From contig NIVC01001124.1 of assembly GCA_002269645.1 (NCBI GenBank), positions 124,001 through 188,000 of the forward strand: a stretch of DNA of 64,000 bases, written 5' to 3'. The position numbers and the translations under genes are program-made. The notes under the pieces are model-generated. The model made no database searches. It was not told the origin of the DNA and saw only the letters and a list, made by a program, of their open reading frames with translations. Shown here piece after piece: positions 25,801-38,006 of the stretch (position 1 is the stretch's first letter; each line of letters starts with the position of its first letter). Source of the DNA: Macrostomum lignano. Its lineage: Eukaryota.

Positions 25801-26775
25801 CCCAAATCCTCAAAATCGATAAAGAGCAGCATTCTGAATCCCGATAACCTCAAATCCCAAATCCTCAAAATCGATAAAGAGCAGCATTCTGAATCCCGAT
25901 AGCCTCAAATCCCAAATCCTCAAAATCGATAAAGAGCAGCATTCTGAATCCCGATAACCTCAAATCCCAAATCCTCAAAATCGATAAAGAGCAGCATTCT
26001 GAATCCCGATAACTTCAAATCCCAAATCCTCAAAATCGATAAAGAGCAGCATTCTGAATCCCGATAGCCTTAAATCAAAAATCCTCAAAATCGATAAAAA
26101 GCAGCATTCTGAATCCCGATAACCTCAAATCCTAAATCCTCAAAATCGATAAAAAGCAGCATTTTGAATCCCGATAGCCTCAAATCCCAAATCCTCAAAA
26201 TCGATAAAGAGCAGCATTCTGAATCCTGATCGCCTCAAATCCCAAATCCTCAAAATCGATAAAGAGCAGCATTCTGAATCTCGATAGCCTCAAATCCCGA
26301 ATCCCCAATAGATAAGAGCTCACAGTGTCCAGCTCCTCGAGCTCCTCCAGGCTCATACTCATCTTAGCCGGTTGCCGCTCTCGCCTCAGGCGGGCGGCCT
26401 CTTTAGCCAGGCTGGCCAGATCGCCGAAATTTGGCGTCGGCGCCTCCGGCAGGGCGCGCAGCGCGGCCAAACTGGGCGCCTGTTGGCGCTCGCTGCCGCC
26501 GCCAGCCTGGGACAGGCCGATGAGGGCCAAAGCGCGGAACAAGCCACGCTTGGTGAGGTAGTTGTCGGCGGGCTCAGCCAGGCTCCATATTGACCGCAGC
26601 GTGCCTGCTGGCAGGCCTGAGTGCTCCAGCAGAGCCAAAAACAGGCCGCGATCGATTGGACTCTCCAATTCACTGCTGGCGCTGCTGTCCTCCGTGCTGC
26701 CTCTGCTGTCACTGTTGCTGCTGCTGCTGCCGCTAAGAATTCTATAGATCTCCTGATACTGCTTTGGCGGATTGT
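22859..26775 (-). CDS. SNX8: Sorting nexin 8 (Mvp1-like): N-terminal EH-like region, PX domain and BAR domain; start exon not located
   Basis: Exons 26775-26324, 25431-25108, 24801-24349, 23836-23540 and 23005-22859 are phase-consistent. PX motif [26 protein letters not shown]...[17 protein letters not shown]; C-terminal LENRI...[16 protein letters not shown]...SQIVGH matches the SNX8 pattern. Confidence 0.9.
23061..23480. repeat. (GTAG)n microsatellite followed by degenerate gaatcagtgaatgaa repeats in the last SNX8 intron
   Basis: Directly visible. Confidence 0.85.
23975..24325. repeat. ~29-30 bp minisatellite (ttcaccgatctgctattcacagctcccc) in an SNX8 intron
   Basis: Directly visible. Confidence 0.9.
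24897..25058. repeat. (AGAC)n microsatellite in an SNX8 intron
   Basis: Directly visible. Confidence 0.95.
25480..26300. repeat. 55-bp tandem repeat, ~15 copies, filling almost the whole SNX8 intron
   Basis: Unit aaatcccaaatcctcaaaatcgataaagagcagcattctgaatcccgataacctc; two variants alternate in the first half. Confidence 0.96.
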
Positions 26776-29700
26776 CTGTCAAATAGCAATGATGGGTGTG
26801 ATGGAATTATTTTAAACAAAATTTTTGTCTAGACTAGGCCTGATCACATTATATGAGACTAGATATTATTTATGGTAAATATAATAGTTTTACAAATAGG
26901 GCAATTAAAAAATCAATTACCTGTGCAAAATGATGGATCTTCAGACATAATTTTCTGTTCATTCAAAATCAATTTTTTTCATGCAAAAGAATAAAAATTC
27001 AAGGTTTTATTACACTAGCATAATAATTTATAAAAATTAACTTTTACATGCATTAGGCTATACCTTGGCTATTGCTTATAACAATTTTAAATTATTTTAC
27101 TTTTTAACATAGCTAATACAGATAGTAACCATTTAAAAAGTAAATATAAACTATATAGCATAGCTTTAACTTTGTTATATATATGATATATATATGTTGA
27201 GCCATAAAAAAGACTATTATGATATATTTTAAAGCTAATGCTAAAAATATATAACAGTGCTTGAATATTTTACAATTTATTAATATAGGGGCCTAATAGT
27301 ACCTAAATATTTTATGTTTTTTTATGTGATGACTCGCTTTCTGCTGCTGGGGATTTTCTTGAGGTGGTCCGGTAGGTCTTGATATCCCACTGCTGCCACC
27401 AGTGTTATACTTCGCTTCCTTGCCCGGGGTTGAATGAAGTGGACTGCTGTTGGCCAGGGCAACTTTAGCGAGCACTTTTATAGGAGCTGGGATAGGGCAG
27501 ACTTCTAAAATCAAGGGTAGGGTAGTGCTGCCACTAGCGTGGGAACTGTATGATCAGCAATGAAGGGGTCTGTTTGGGCTCCACTCAAATAAATAATGCT
27601 AGAACAACTAGTCTCTGATATTTCAATGTCCAAGTGACAAGACTCAATGGTAGCAAATGGCCTGAGTGGCACAGTCCTGGCATTGATAAATGTCCGCGCT
27701 TGGTCGTGTCTGAGTTTAGCTCTCAGAGGACTCCTAACTCCTACTAACCTAACAGCTACATCTTGCACAGATGGACAGCGAGAAAATAGGTCTATGTGCC
27801 TGCGGCAGCAATAGACTCTAAGCCTATATAAAACTAACAGCTATTCTTAGAATTGCGTACGAGTGCTGTGACTGCACATTCACTCTCACTCTTATTTGTG
27901 CCTGTGTCGCAAATAGACAATAGCAGAATGGCTTCAGCCCACTGATTTCCTGCCAATAGGATAGGCTGGAAAACCAGAGCTGTAGCACTAGCAATGCTCT
28001 ACTAAGACCTCCTCAGGAGCGTGCTTTCTGCTTGAGCGCTGCAATGCTCTACCAAGACCTGCTCAGGAGCTTTGCTTCGCTGTTAACTGGCGCTAGAGTG
28101 CTAGAATTGAAGAAAGCTCTCAACAAGTCCTCACAAGGCAGTTCTGAATAGAAATTCAGACAAATGGCCTACATGCATTTAAAAGATAGAATGTAGAGAG
28201 TGGAGCATTTGGGCATTTGGTGGCTTGACCATGGAACAGCAGCCCAAAGAGTGCAAATAATGATGCACAACAGATATTGATTAAACATAGGGGAGAGAGT
28301 AGCTTATTTAAAGCACCGACAGTCGCCTCAAGCCACTAGTGAAAATAGCATGCAAAATTTGGGCTTGTGCGCACAAGGTTACACGTGAGGGATTGTTCAG
28401 CTCGGGACATGGGGTCCGCGAAACCCTTAGTCTAAAAATAGAATGACGCATGGAGAGAGGCTTAGATGAAAGAAAAACAAGAGAGCAGAAGGGGGAAGGG
28501 TCCAAAGAGCACATAGGGGAGGAGTGCGGCTAACTAGACTTGCATACACTGAGCAATCGTATGCGGCAAGCCAGGCAACAACAATACAGGCAAGTGCCAA
28601 ATTTGGCAGCTTTCACTAACTAACCCTAGGCTAGGCAAAACTTCCTAATTTCCTATGTTAAAGAGCCTCATGATGACGACTCAATTGTGCCATATTGTGC
28701 AACTTCTCAGCACCAAGGAAGGCTGCTTAGAGTGCATAGAGGCAACAGAAAAATTCCTATTCCAAGATACTAGCAGTAGACAGAAGTGCCTAAGATATGA
28801 CTGCGGCCTTATGCTTGTGGCAGAAGGCTGCAGCCACATCACTTAAAAACAAAATCTGCACAAAATACTAGATACAACTTGGCAAAGTGAATGCCAAAAA
28901 GTACTAAATAATTAATTTACAAATTGATTCTAAGAAATAGTTATAGATAGTAATAGTGTTGTGACAGCTAATGGCATAGTATGATTATTTATTAAGACAG
29001 AAGCAAGCCCTAGAACAACTTTGGTAGCTAATTGGTAGGTAGGATTAGGCCTAATTCAAAAGAAAGACAACCCCTGGCACAAATAAAAAAAATTAAATGA
29101 CAAATCTAGTTTATAATATAAAATTTTTATAGCCAAACAAACCAATTTAATATAAATTATTTCTTTGCAATAGTTATAATTTATTATTGTTATATTCTTA
29201 TGTAAGTAAGTAAGGTAAGAAACTGGGATCTAAACATAGACGAGTTGAATGTGATATTATATTCACATAGAATCCTAATTTTCTGAACGAAAAGCTCCAT
29301 GAATATCGATAGAGCAATAAGAAAGGCACAACATATCAAAAGATGAACACTGGATCTGCCTCCTATCAAAAGCAATAGCAAGTTTTGTGCTGAAAAAGTG
29401 AAAACTTCTTATCTCCGTAGTGTATTTTTTTCGGGAAACCTGCCTTCTAAATTTTCTTAGAAACGAGGTTTTCCGTCCTTCTACTTAAGTCGTCCTTGCG
29501 CTACTAACAAAAACACAGGTGTAGCGAGCAACTCTGGCCGGTTATTGCGAGTGTTAGTTAGCCACTCAAAAAGGTGAAGAAATAGAATGTGGCTGTGCCT
29601 GTATATTTATTGTCTGGTAGAACACAGATTTCCGGTTCATTGAGTGCGCGTTGGGATGTGCTCGAGCAGAGGGAAGTGGATAGGCTGGGTGGGGGTCACG

Positions 29701-31180
29701 GAGTGCAAACTAGGTACCCGAACTGCCTGCCTGCGCATGCTACAACAGGGTAGCCCTTAATTTTGTTGTCATTAGTTGGTGATGAGGATCATTATGTCAA
29801 AAATACCTAAAAATAAACAGCAACTGAACCTAAACACAAATAACTTAGACAGTAACAAACAAAGTAAATTAGACCGACAGTAGATTTTAGCTCTAAAAAA
29901 CCTCTTATCCATCTTGATTTCTAATCGGTGCTAAATGGTCGTCACAGTAAATACTGATCATCGATTATAGCGTACGCGTGGCTTATGTTTGCATTAGATA
30001 ACTTAGTGACCAACAGAGTTCTGGCGATAAATTGGAGTAGTATAGTGGATCAATTTTTTTGCTCGTATCTCCAGGAGACCCAGCAAACAAAGGAGTCACT
30101 AAATCAAGCTTTATAAGAAACTTCACTATATAGCCAGTCTACCGTATTTTGCAGCAGGGACCTGCAATTTTGCACTAGGCCCTAACATGTTGTCTCTCGA
30201 TAAACATCAGCAGTTTTGCGTGTGTATTCCAGATGTTTTTTGGAAAACATACCGGTAGGTGAACCTTCACTAGCCAGGGAAGAAAGTCATAGCTCAACCT
30301 GCGCAGGAGTCGTAAGTAATTCGATTCCGAAAAGGCGAAAACGGTTCAGTGATTTCAATTTCAAATTCTTAGTATATTAGATTGGCGGAGATGATATTGT
30401 TAGATGTCGTTTAACAAAAGGGATTTTGATAGAATTCAGTTTCATGAAGAGAATTTGATAAAGTTCTGTTTCGCGGAGACTTTTGGAAGATAGGATTCCG
30501 GTCATGGGGGATTCACTGATGGATTTCAGGGAATGGAATTCTGGCGATTGGAGTTCTAACCCCTTCTCCTCCAACAGAGGAGTTGGCCTCGTTGATCTAT
30601 CAATTTGATTGCCACGTTGCGCCAGTTCGGAAGTGATGTTGCAGTCGCGATTACGCCTTTTACTTGAACGAGCTATACATTATGATGATATTTCGGTTAC
30701 ATTTTGATTGACAGTTTAGGGCTTTCTATGGATTCATGAGTAGGGTAATATATAAATGTTTAAACTCAACGAATGTGTAGAAGAGTTTTCAAAATAATTT
30801 AACATAGGATAAAATAAGCGTTCCAGTAATGCGTACAGCAATGCCGAGTTGAGCTGTGAGTTCCTGTCTAGATGTTAAAATTCATAGTTGAGAGTTCGGT
30901 TGTGAGGTTAAAAAAGAAATTAGCTCGTAAGAATGCTATACAAAACAATATGATTGTCTTTGCACAGAAATCAGTTTCTAAAATTATACCATGATTTTTA
31001 CAAGAATTTCTTATCGAAGATTCCAATACTTGTGATGGAGCTTAACAAAATCCTCTTGGTTCAGCATCCAACGAAAAAATTAAATTATCGCAAGCAAGAA
31101 AGAGTGAAAGAAAGCGAGGTGTGTAAGAGTGCGTGGCCGAGGCAAACAGAATAATAGTTATAAGTGATTAAAGCATGGAT

Positions 31181-33752
31181 TCAACTCTGTCTAAAAGTTC
31201 CTTCCTCATTCTTGCCGAACTCAATTTCGACCATGGCGTCAACCTTATTGCGCTTCCGACGGCAGCAGCCGAAGATGCGGGACAGCAGCCGGTCGTACGG
31301 TGCCAGAGAGCGCAGCGGCTCCGGCAGGAAGTCCCAGTTGCGCAGAAACTCTGGCAGCCAGTCGGGTCTGTGCGTCTGCAGCAAGCCAACAACGCCAGCT
31401 ACCAGCATCGGTGCAACCAACAGGCCGAACGCGACGTAGACGGCGGCGGTGTGCAGCAGCGACAGGGCGAAGAACATCAGCGGTAGCAGCAGGAATGCAA
31501 GCAGGATGTAGGCGATAGCGAACCAGCGATAAGCGGCGGTGGCAGCGCCGAGCTTCTTTGCCAGCGCGATCGGGACGCGTTTCAGTAATGGCACTGGCAG
31601 CCAGATCAGCACGCCGAACACGTTGAAGAACAGGTGCACCAGCGCCGTCTGCAGGCTGGAGTCGCTGCCGGAGGCCAGAGCGGCAAGCAGGCCGGTGGTG
31701 GTGGTGCCGATGTTCGAGCCCAGCGTGATAGGGTACATGATCTCCACCGTGATCACTCCGGTGCCAACAAGAGGAGTCAGGGCTGACGTCAGTACAGATG
31801 ATGACTGAACCAGTATTGTCAGACCGGCGCCAACCACCAGCGATATGTAGTCCATGGCGAACAGCAGGCAGCGATTCTCCGTGCGTGTCACCCTCTCGAT
31901 AGTCGTCTTGACTTTGCTCTCCAGCAGCGAGCGCAGGATTCGAACTAGACCAACTAGGCAGCCAATCAGAGCGGCGAGCGACAAGGCCAATAGGATGCCT
32001 CCAATGATGGCGTCCGCCCAGTGACCGGCAACCTCCATGAACATAAACTGGCCTGTTGCGTGTGGATGGTTTAAATAACGAAATTTTGTGTGGGACTGAT
32101 TGAGAAGATATACATTGATAGTTTTGTGAATATTGCTGACTTAAAGTTAGTTCGTAGAGTACAATAAGCAGAGAACATAAGAGGATGTCAGCCTAAGCAC
32201 CGGAATGAAGTCCAGGGGTTGCCGTGCGATTCACAGCCATGAAAGCCAAACCCCCAAGGCACAGAGAGTGTACATGCCTGACGATTGGAAAACCAGGGCC
32301 GCTGTACACCCTGTGTGAGCGTGTGTATGAGTGCGTGCCTTCGTTTTTGCGCGCTTGTACGAGCGTATGTGCTCAGGAGTCGGAGGAATGGGCAGAGTTG
32401 TCGTCAGCGCTGGTTGTGGGCGATGTAGGCGAAGACGTTGCGCCAGGGTGTCCCACAGCCCTCCGGCAGCTATTAATATTATGGCGATTGCAGTCATTCA
32501 GACGGAGCATTGGTTTCCTTCAGTCTCCAAAGGGGGCTTAAACTGACGCCTCGTTTATTAAATGCTTCTGAATATTCGATTAATTGTGTGGGGAGAAAAT
32601 CTCGTAGTACACGCACTCCTATACTGTTAGTAGTAACTACAAATTGAGAAAAAACAGCTTTTTCAAGTGTGTCTAAACTCACATTTCTCAAGGCAGGTAC
32701 TATTTGAGGTCTTGCAGCAGACTTTAATTAGCGTACTACTGTTCCGAAGAAGCTCCGGGTCCTTCAGCAGCTTGCTGTCCAACCTAATCACCAGACCAGT
32801 GAACGGAGAAGTGATGGCTTTGAGAAAGTCGGGCGGTTTGTCCACATTGATGGTGCTGTTGGCGTTGCTGTTTACGATGAGGCCAGTCAGGCTGGTGAGG
32901 GCTCCGCTGGCCATCTCCAGGGGCAGCAGGACCAGCACAGTCAGCCAGTTGAACATGTCGTGCACTGTGGCACCGGCGAACGCGCGCTCGAGTTCTTCTC
33001 GGTCGCCGATCTGGCCCAGGGAGACAATCGTGTTGGTGACCGTAGTGCCGATGTTGGCCCCCATGATCATGTACACCGAGGAGCGCAGCTCCAGGATCTG
33101 GGCGCCGACCATTGTGATGATCAGCGAAGTGGAAGTTGACGAGCTCTGAACCAGGACGGTAAGCAGGACGCCCATCATCAGGCAGGCGACGGGGTTGGCG
33201 AACACGACGTTGTTGGACAGCAGCTCGCCAACCTGACGGCCACCGAGCAGGCGGAAGGCGGAGCTCATGAGGTCGAGTGAGCACACGAAGAAGTACAGGC
33301 AGAGAAGCAGAGCCAGTAGTCGTAGAACGAGCAAAGCGACTCGGAGAGCTAGCGGTCTCTTTGACTGAGTCGTCGACTCATCGGTTGATTCATCGCTCTG
33401 CTTTGATGTTGTCGTAACTTTTTTCTCAATTGGCACTGGCTCGTTGAATGGCTCGGCTTGTTTGGAGATGGTCTCGGTGCTGGAACTAAGGGGGAGGGGG
33501 TGGGTTCGAGGGTTGAAATTGACCGCTTACACCTAAAATAGCTAGCTAGAGAACAGAAGCAAGCAGACCCCAGGAAGACAAGGGTAACCATCCAGGAGCG
33601 CTAGGCTTTATTGCCGAATGCTGAGATGTCAAGACTCAATAGCGAGTTTCTGAGTCGCCACGGAAAAAGTTCCGTTTTTTTCTAAAGCAACACAGGCCAC
33701 AGCAGCAGAAAAGGACAGCACTGATGCTTTACCTATCAGTCGTTGATTCCAT
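31181..33752 (-). CDS. SLC34A: SLC34 (NaPi-II) sodium-phosphate cotransporter, copy A, ~562 aa
   Basis: Exons 33752-33733 (MESTTD), 33479-32683 and 32052-31181 are phase-consistent. Two QSSS repeats, GANIGTTVTNTIV, RAFAGATVHD and GSNIGTTTT motifs. Confidence 0.95.
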
Positions 33753-34104
33753 TGTGGCATTGGTGAGTTGGTAGGATTTTTTGGAGCAGACGGTCTAACA
33801 GATGCTGGAACAAGTTCCGCTTTTTATGATTCGAGCACAGATCCACAGGCTGTCGTATATTTATACCCAAGCCATGCTGCTTATCGTGTCCGTTATAGTG
33901 AAGGGCAAAAACAGGAGGAGGGGGGGCTCTGATACGAATAACAAGCTGGCTGGAGCTTAGTCAATCTCGTTGCCTGCGGTGTGGGTGGGCCGAAAAAAGC
34001 AGACCACGCAGGATCTGCAGGTCGCTCCCATAGTGATTTCGAAAACATATGCAGCGACATTGAAATTTGATTTTTGTACGCCATGAATTTGTAACAAGTT
34101 TTAT

Positions 34105-34780
34105 TAGACTACATCAGGCATCACACTAGACTACATCAGGCATCACATTAGACTACATCAGGCATCACACTAGACTACATCAGGCATCACACTGCAGGGC
34201 TGTCCCGGAGGGGACACAGCGGGAAGGCGCGGGCGCCCATTCCGCTACAGGCATCACACTAGACTACATCAGGCATCACACTAGACTACATCAGGCATCA
34301 CATTAGAGTGAGACATCAGGCATCACACTAGACTATATCAGGAATCACAGTAGACTATATCAAGCATCACATTAGACTACATCAGGCATCACATTAGACT
34401 ATATCAGGCATCACATTAGACTATATTAGGCATCACACTAGGACTATATCAGGAATCACATTAGACTACATCAGGAATCACACTAGACTACATCAAGCAT
34501 CACATTAGACTATCAAGCATCACACTAGACTACATCAGGCATCACATTAGACTACATCAGGCATCACACTAGACTACATCAGGCATCATATTAGACTACA
34601 TCAGGCATCACATTAGACTACATCAGGCATCACACTAGACTACATCAGGCATCACATTAGACTACATCAGGCATCACATTAGACTACATCAGGCATCACA
34701 CTAGACTACACCAGGCATCATATTAGACTATATCAGGCATCACATTAGACTACATCAGGCATCACATTAGACTACATCAA
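34105..34780. repeat. 22-bp satellite (agactacatcaggcatcacatt) upstream of SLC34 copy A
   Basis: Directly visible; paralogous array at 51725-51925. Confidence 0.95.
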
Positions 34781-35527
34781 TCAATAAACTTGCCCGATAA
34801 AAATTAGATTAATTTAGATTTATTGTCACACAAAAGTTACTCAGTCATGCCGTTAACAACACCTGACATGAGTGAATGCAACAATCAGTACAATTCGCAG
34901 CCCATAAATTCCAATTTTCTCGATAAGATCGCGTTTTAAAAAGTTAAAAATAGACTTCACAAGAAGGCCTTCACAGTGCCTTGCAACACTAGTAGTGTTT
35001 TAACTTTCAGAAATTTATTTTGCGTAACTTTATGAGGTTCAAAGTTTGAAAAATGAGTTACAAAATACATATTTAGTGAGTCCTCGCAGGAAAAGTTGTC
35101 TGTCTTTTCTACCACTAAATAAATTAAACGTGTTTTGGTCCATAATTTTAACTCAAAAGTTTATTTTGCTAGATAAGCTTGTGAAAAAATATTATTGAGA
35201 ACCGGGAGAGATCAAAATACAGTTGTGTTTTCAAAACAGGGTTCGTAAATATTCGCCTATAACAATCTAAAAAGTGTTACTCAACCACGCATGATTTTTA
35301 TAGAACTTTGCAAACCTCTATAATAAGTTGATTTTCGTCAAGTGAATCAATGCAGGAAAATTCCGGGTGTATAATATTCCCATTTGTTTCGGTTCCCTAG
35401 GGTGGGAGGCTCGAGGCGCATAGTTGAACCCCAGTGAGGCTCAGTCCAGTGTCTATGGTATGTAACGCATTTTATTTAATGGCCGGGCTGTGAAATCAGC
35501 TATATGTAGTGCAGAACAGCGAAAAAT

Positions 35528-35870
35528 TTAGAACAAGAGAAGAAAAATAACAAAGTCCAGTAGATCCGGAGAAATCTTCATATCTAGGGCCTCAAAAATC
35601 GCCAGGATCGGAAGGTCTTCCATGTCGAATTGACTTGCCAGAAAGTATACGATTGCGAATTGATTAGCTGCTTGAGATTTGGGATCGCCTGGTTGAGCCA
35701 CACTTAAGTTCAAATATAATAACACACCCAGATTTGCTGTCTATGGCGTAAAGAATGGCTTCGGACTGCGCATCCTCATCCTCACGCATCCTCAGCCATT
35801 CTATACGCCAAAGAAACTGTCGTGCCGTAAACTTGGCATAAAGAAACTCAAGTTTTATTTTAACTCGCAA
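35528..35870 (-). pseudogene. Frameshifted coding-like fragment, possibly PD-(D/E)XK-type
   Basis: Two overlapping frames give ...AILYAIDSKSGCVIIFELK / PGDPKSQAANQFAIVYFL. Motif resemblance only. Confidence 0.25.
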
Positions 35871-36259
35871 GTAGCCGCCTATTTATTAATGACACTAGCA
35901 GGGGCTGAGAGAACACCGAAATAGAGTCACGTGATGACAATTAACTACGTACAAGTACATGGAAGCTTAGGGGTATGGCCATTCAGAGCAAAGGGAGAGG
36001 AAAGAATGGTGTGCACGGACGATTGACGTACATAGCATAAGTTAGTTAGTCAGTGCCTAGAGCTCCCGGCATCACAAAAACAAATCTGGGGGGGGGGGGT
36101 TATCTTATAATTATTGACCGAGGCGAAGCGGAGGTCAGTAAAAGTTATTTCCGTTTATTTATTTCTTTGGTCTAAAGCAAATGCAGAGGACTCGTTTCTT
36201 GGAAGCGAGTCCGAAGCTTTTGATTCAGACCATAGACTAAAATGAACGGAAATAATATA

Positions 36260-37251
36260 CGAGGGGTGTCCAAAAAGTAGTGATACTTTTAACCGTAGCT
36301 CTCGTTCTATAGCTTCCTGTGATTTAAAATTTTATGAACTGATAGCGGAAAATCTCTTCTACAGACTGCTTTTTGGATTTTTAAAATTGATACCAGAGAA
36401 CAAAAGTTATACCCACAAAAGTAACAGTACCTGTACCATAGAGTTACACAAATTATAGGATGAGCTTCACGAGATCCATGCCGAGTAAGCTTCGATGAAT
36501 TGTTGATTTCGGCTTGTCCAACCTGTCAGCGATCTCTCTAATGGTCATTCGGGAGTCCTCGTCAAGAAGATTCAGAATGGAGTCCGCCAGTACATCAGGT
36601 CGATGAACGTATGGCCGCCCCGTCCAATGCTGATCTGCCAAGTCAATCCTTCCCTCGCTGAACTGCTCCATCCATCGATAAACTGTCATTTTGCTGACCG
36701 CAGAGGATCCATGCGCAGAGCAAAGTTTTGCGTGAATTTCTGAGGCACCATGGCCAGCGCCCCAAAGAGTGAAGATAGTACTTTGCTGAGCAACAACTGA
36801 GTGCACATTCATGTGTGTTGTCGAGTATGAGCAATGAAATCATGAACGAATCGCAAAATGCAAGCTCCTCTGTTTGCAAGTAAAGTAATGCATTTAATGC
36901 TTTATTTTTCTGCGCCTGATCCCGTCCATAGATAAATTTCAGTCAGTCACAGTGAGCATCATTTTGCAATTGGGGTTTGGTATTGCTTAAACAAGACATT
37001 TATCGACGCCTTCTTAATGAATGAGTGCAGAAGTCAACTATTATAAATTTCGATATAATTTGTGTAACTCTATGGTACAGGTACTGTTACTTTCGTGGGT
37101 ATAACTTTTGTTCTCTAGTATCAATTTTAAAAATTCAAAAAGCAGTCTGTAGAAGAGATTTTCCGCTATCAGTTCATAAAATTTTAAATCACAGGAAGCT
37201 ACAGAACGAGAGCTACGGTTAAAAGTATCACTACTTTTTGGACGCCCCTCG
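36260..37251 (-). mobile_element. Mariner-derived non-autonomous element, 992 bp, 198-bp TIRs, retaining only the transposase N-terminal HTH (36812-36453)
   Basis: TA TSDs at 36258-36259 and 37252-37253; TIRs 36260-36457 and 37054-37251; EIHAKL...VSKMTVYRW..F.EGR.DL.D...TGRP...TIREIADRL is a mariner HTH region. Confidence 0.92.
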
Positions 37252-37297
37252 TATTTATACCCCGGCCGTTTGGACAAACTAACACTGTACATTTTAA

Positions 37298-38006
37298 CCA
37301 TAGACAAATGTTGATTTGATGCAGTTCACGAAAACGACTGTGTTCGCGTTTGGTATTTCAAATTGAGTGGTTGCCTCTACTTAATTCCCTTTAATTTTAA
37401 TCTGTGACACTTCACGTTATTTTCAACTTGAGTGATATTGACATTGTCGATTTTGAATCACTTAGTCTTGCTGAAGTCTTCTTGAGTGAATTGCTACTGG
37501 CTTCCGAAACCGATTACAACGAAGATGAGCAGAGACTCAACGAAATGATTGCGTCTGTAGTGTCAGAAGCTACAACGAAGAAGTGTAAATGGATGGTAGA
37601 AATCCTTCGATCGTGGCACAAAAGGAAGAAGACTCAATGGGCTAAGGCAGAATATGGACCGAGTTTGATGGTGTTGGCCGATCTATTCGAGATGAGCAAG
37701 CACGATCTCAACTTGTTCTTAAGTGGTTTATCTAAGAGATACGAAATAAGCGTGGTGTTCGCTATGACGCTTCTACATTGAAGGATTTTTTCAGTATGTT
37801 GCAATACTTGGTCAACGAATGTGGAAAGCCATGGAGCCTCTGGAAGGACGTGGATTGCGTCGTGCAGGACCTGTACCATCTAGCATCGAAGAGAAGCTCT
37901 GGTCTGAAGGTGTGCTCGGTAGTGATAGTCCACGACAACTGGTGAGTTCCGCGATTTGGGGTGTGGGGAAACATTTCGCACTACGCGGTGGTTCGGAGTT
38001 GCGAGT
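37298..38006 (+). mobile_element. Crypton-like tyrosine recombinase (DUF3504-type) remnant, frameshifted and interrupted by an LTR
   Basis: TTKKCKWMVEILRSW...DLFEMSKHDLNLFL; YDASTLKDFFSMLQYL; IEEKLWSEGVLGSDSPRQL..AIWGVGKHFALRGGSELR. Confidence 0.75.

Noticed and set aside
27290-28900. Possible degenerate retroelement or LTR in the SNX8 upstream region
   Set aside because: The composition looks coding-like, but I found no assignable motif, termini or TSD.
33349-33591. MVTLVFLGS... as the SLC34 start exon
   Set aside because: The frame is not conserved in copy B, whereas the 20-nt MESTTD exon is conserved in both copies.
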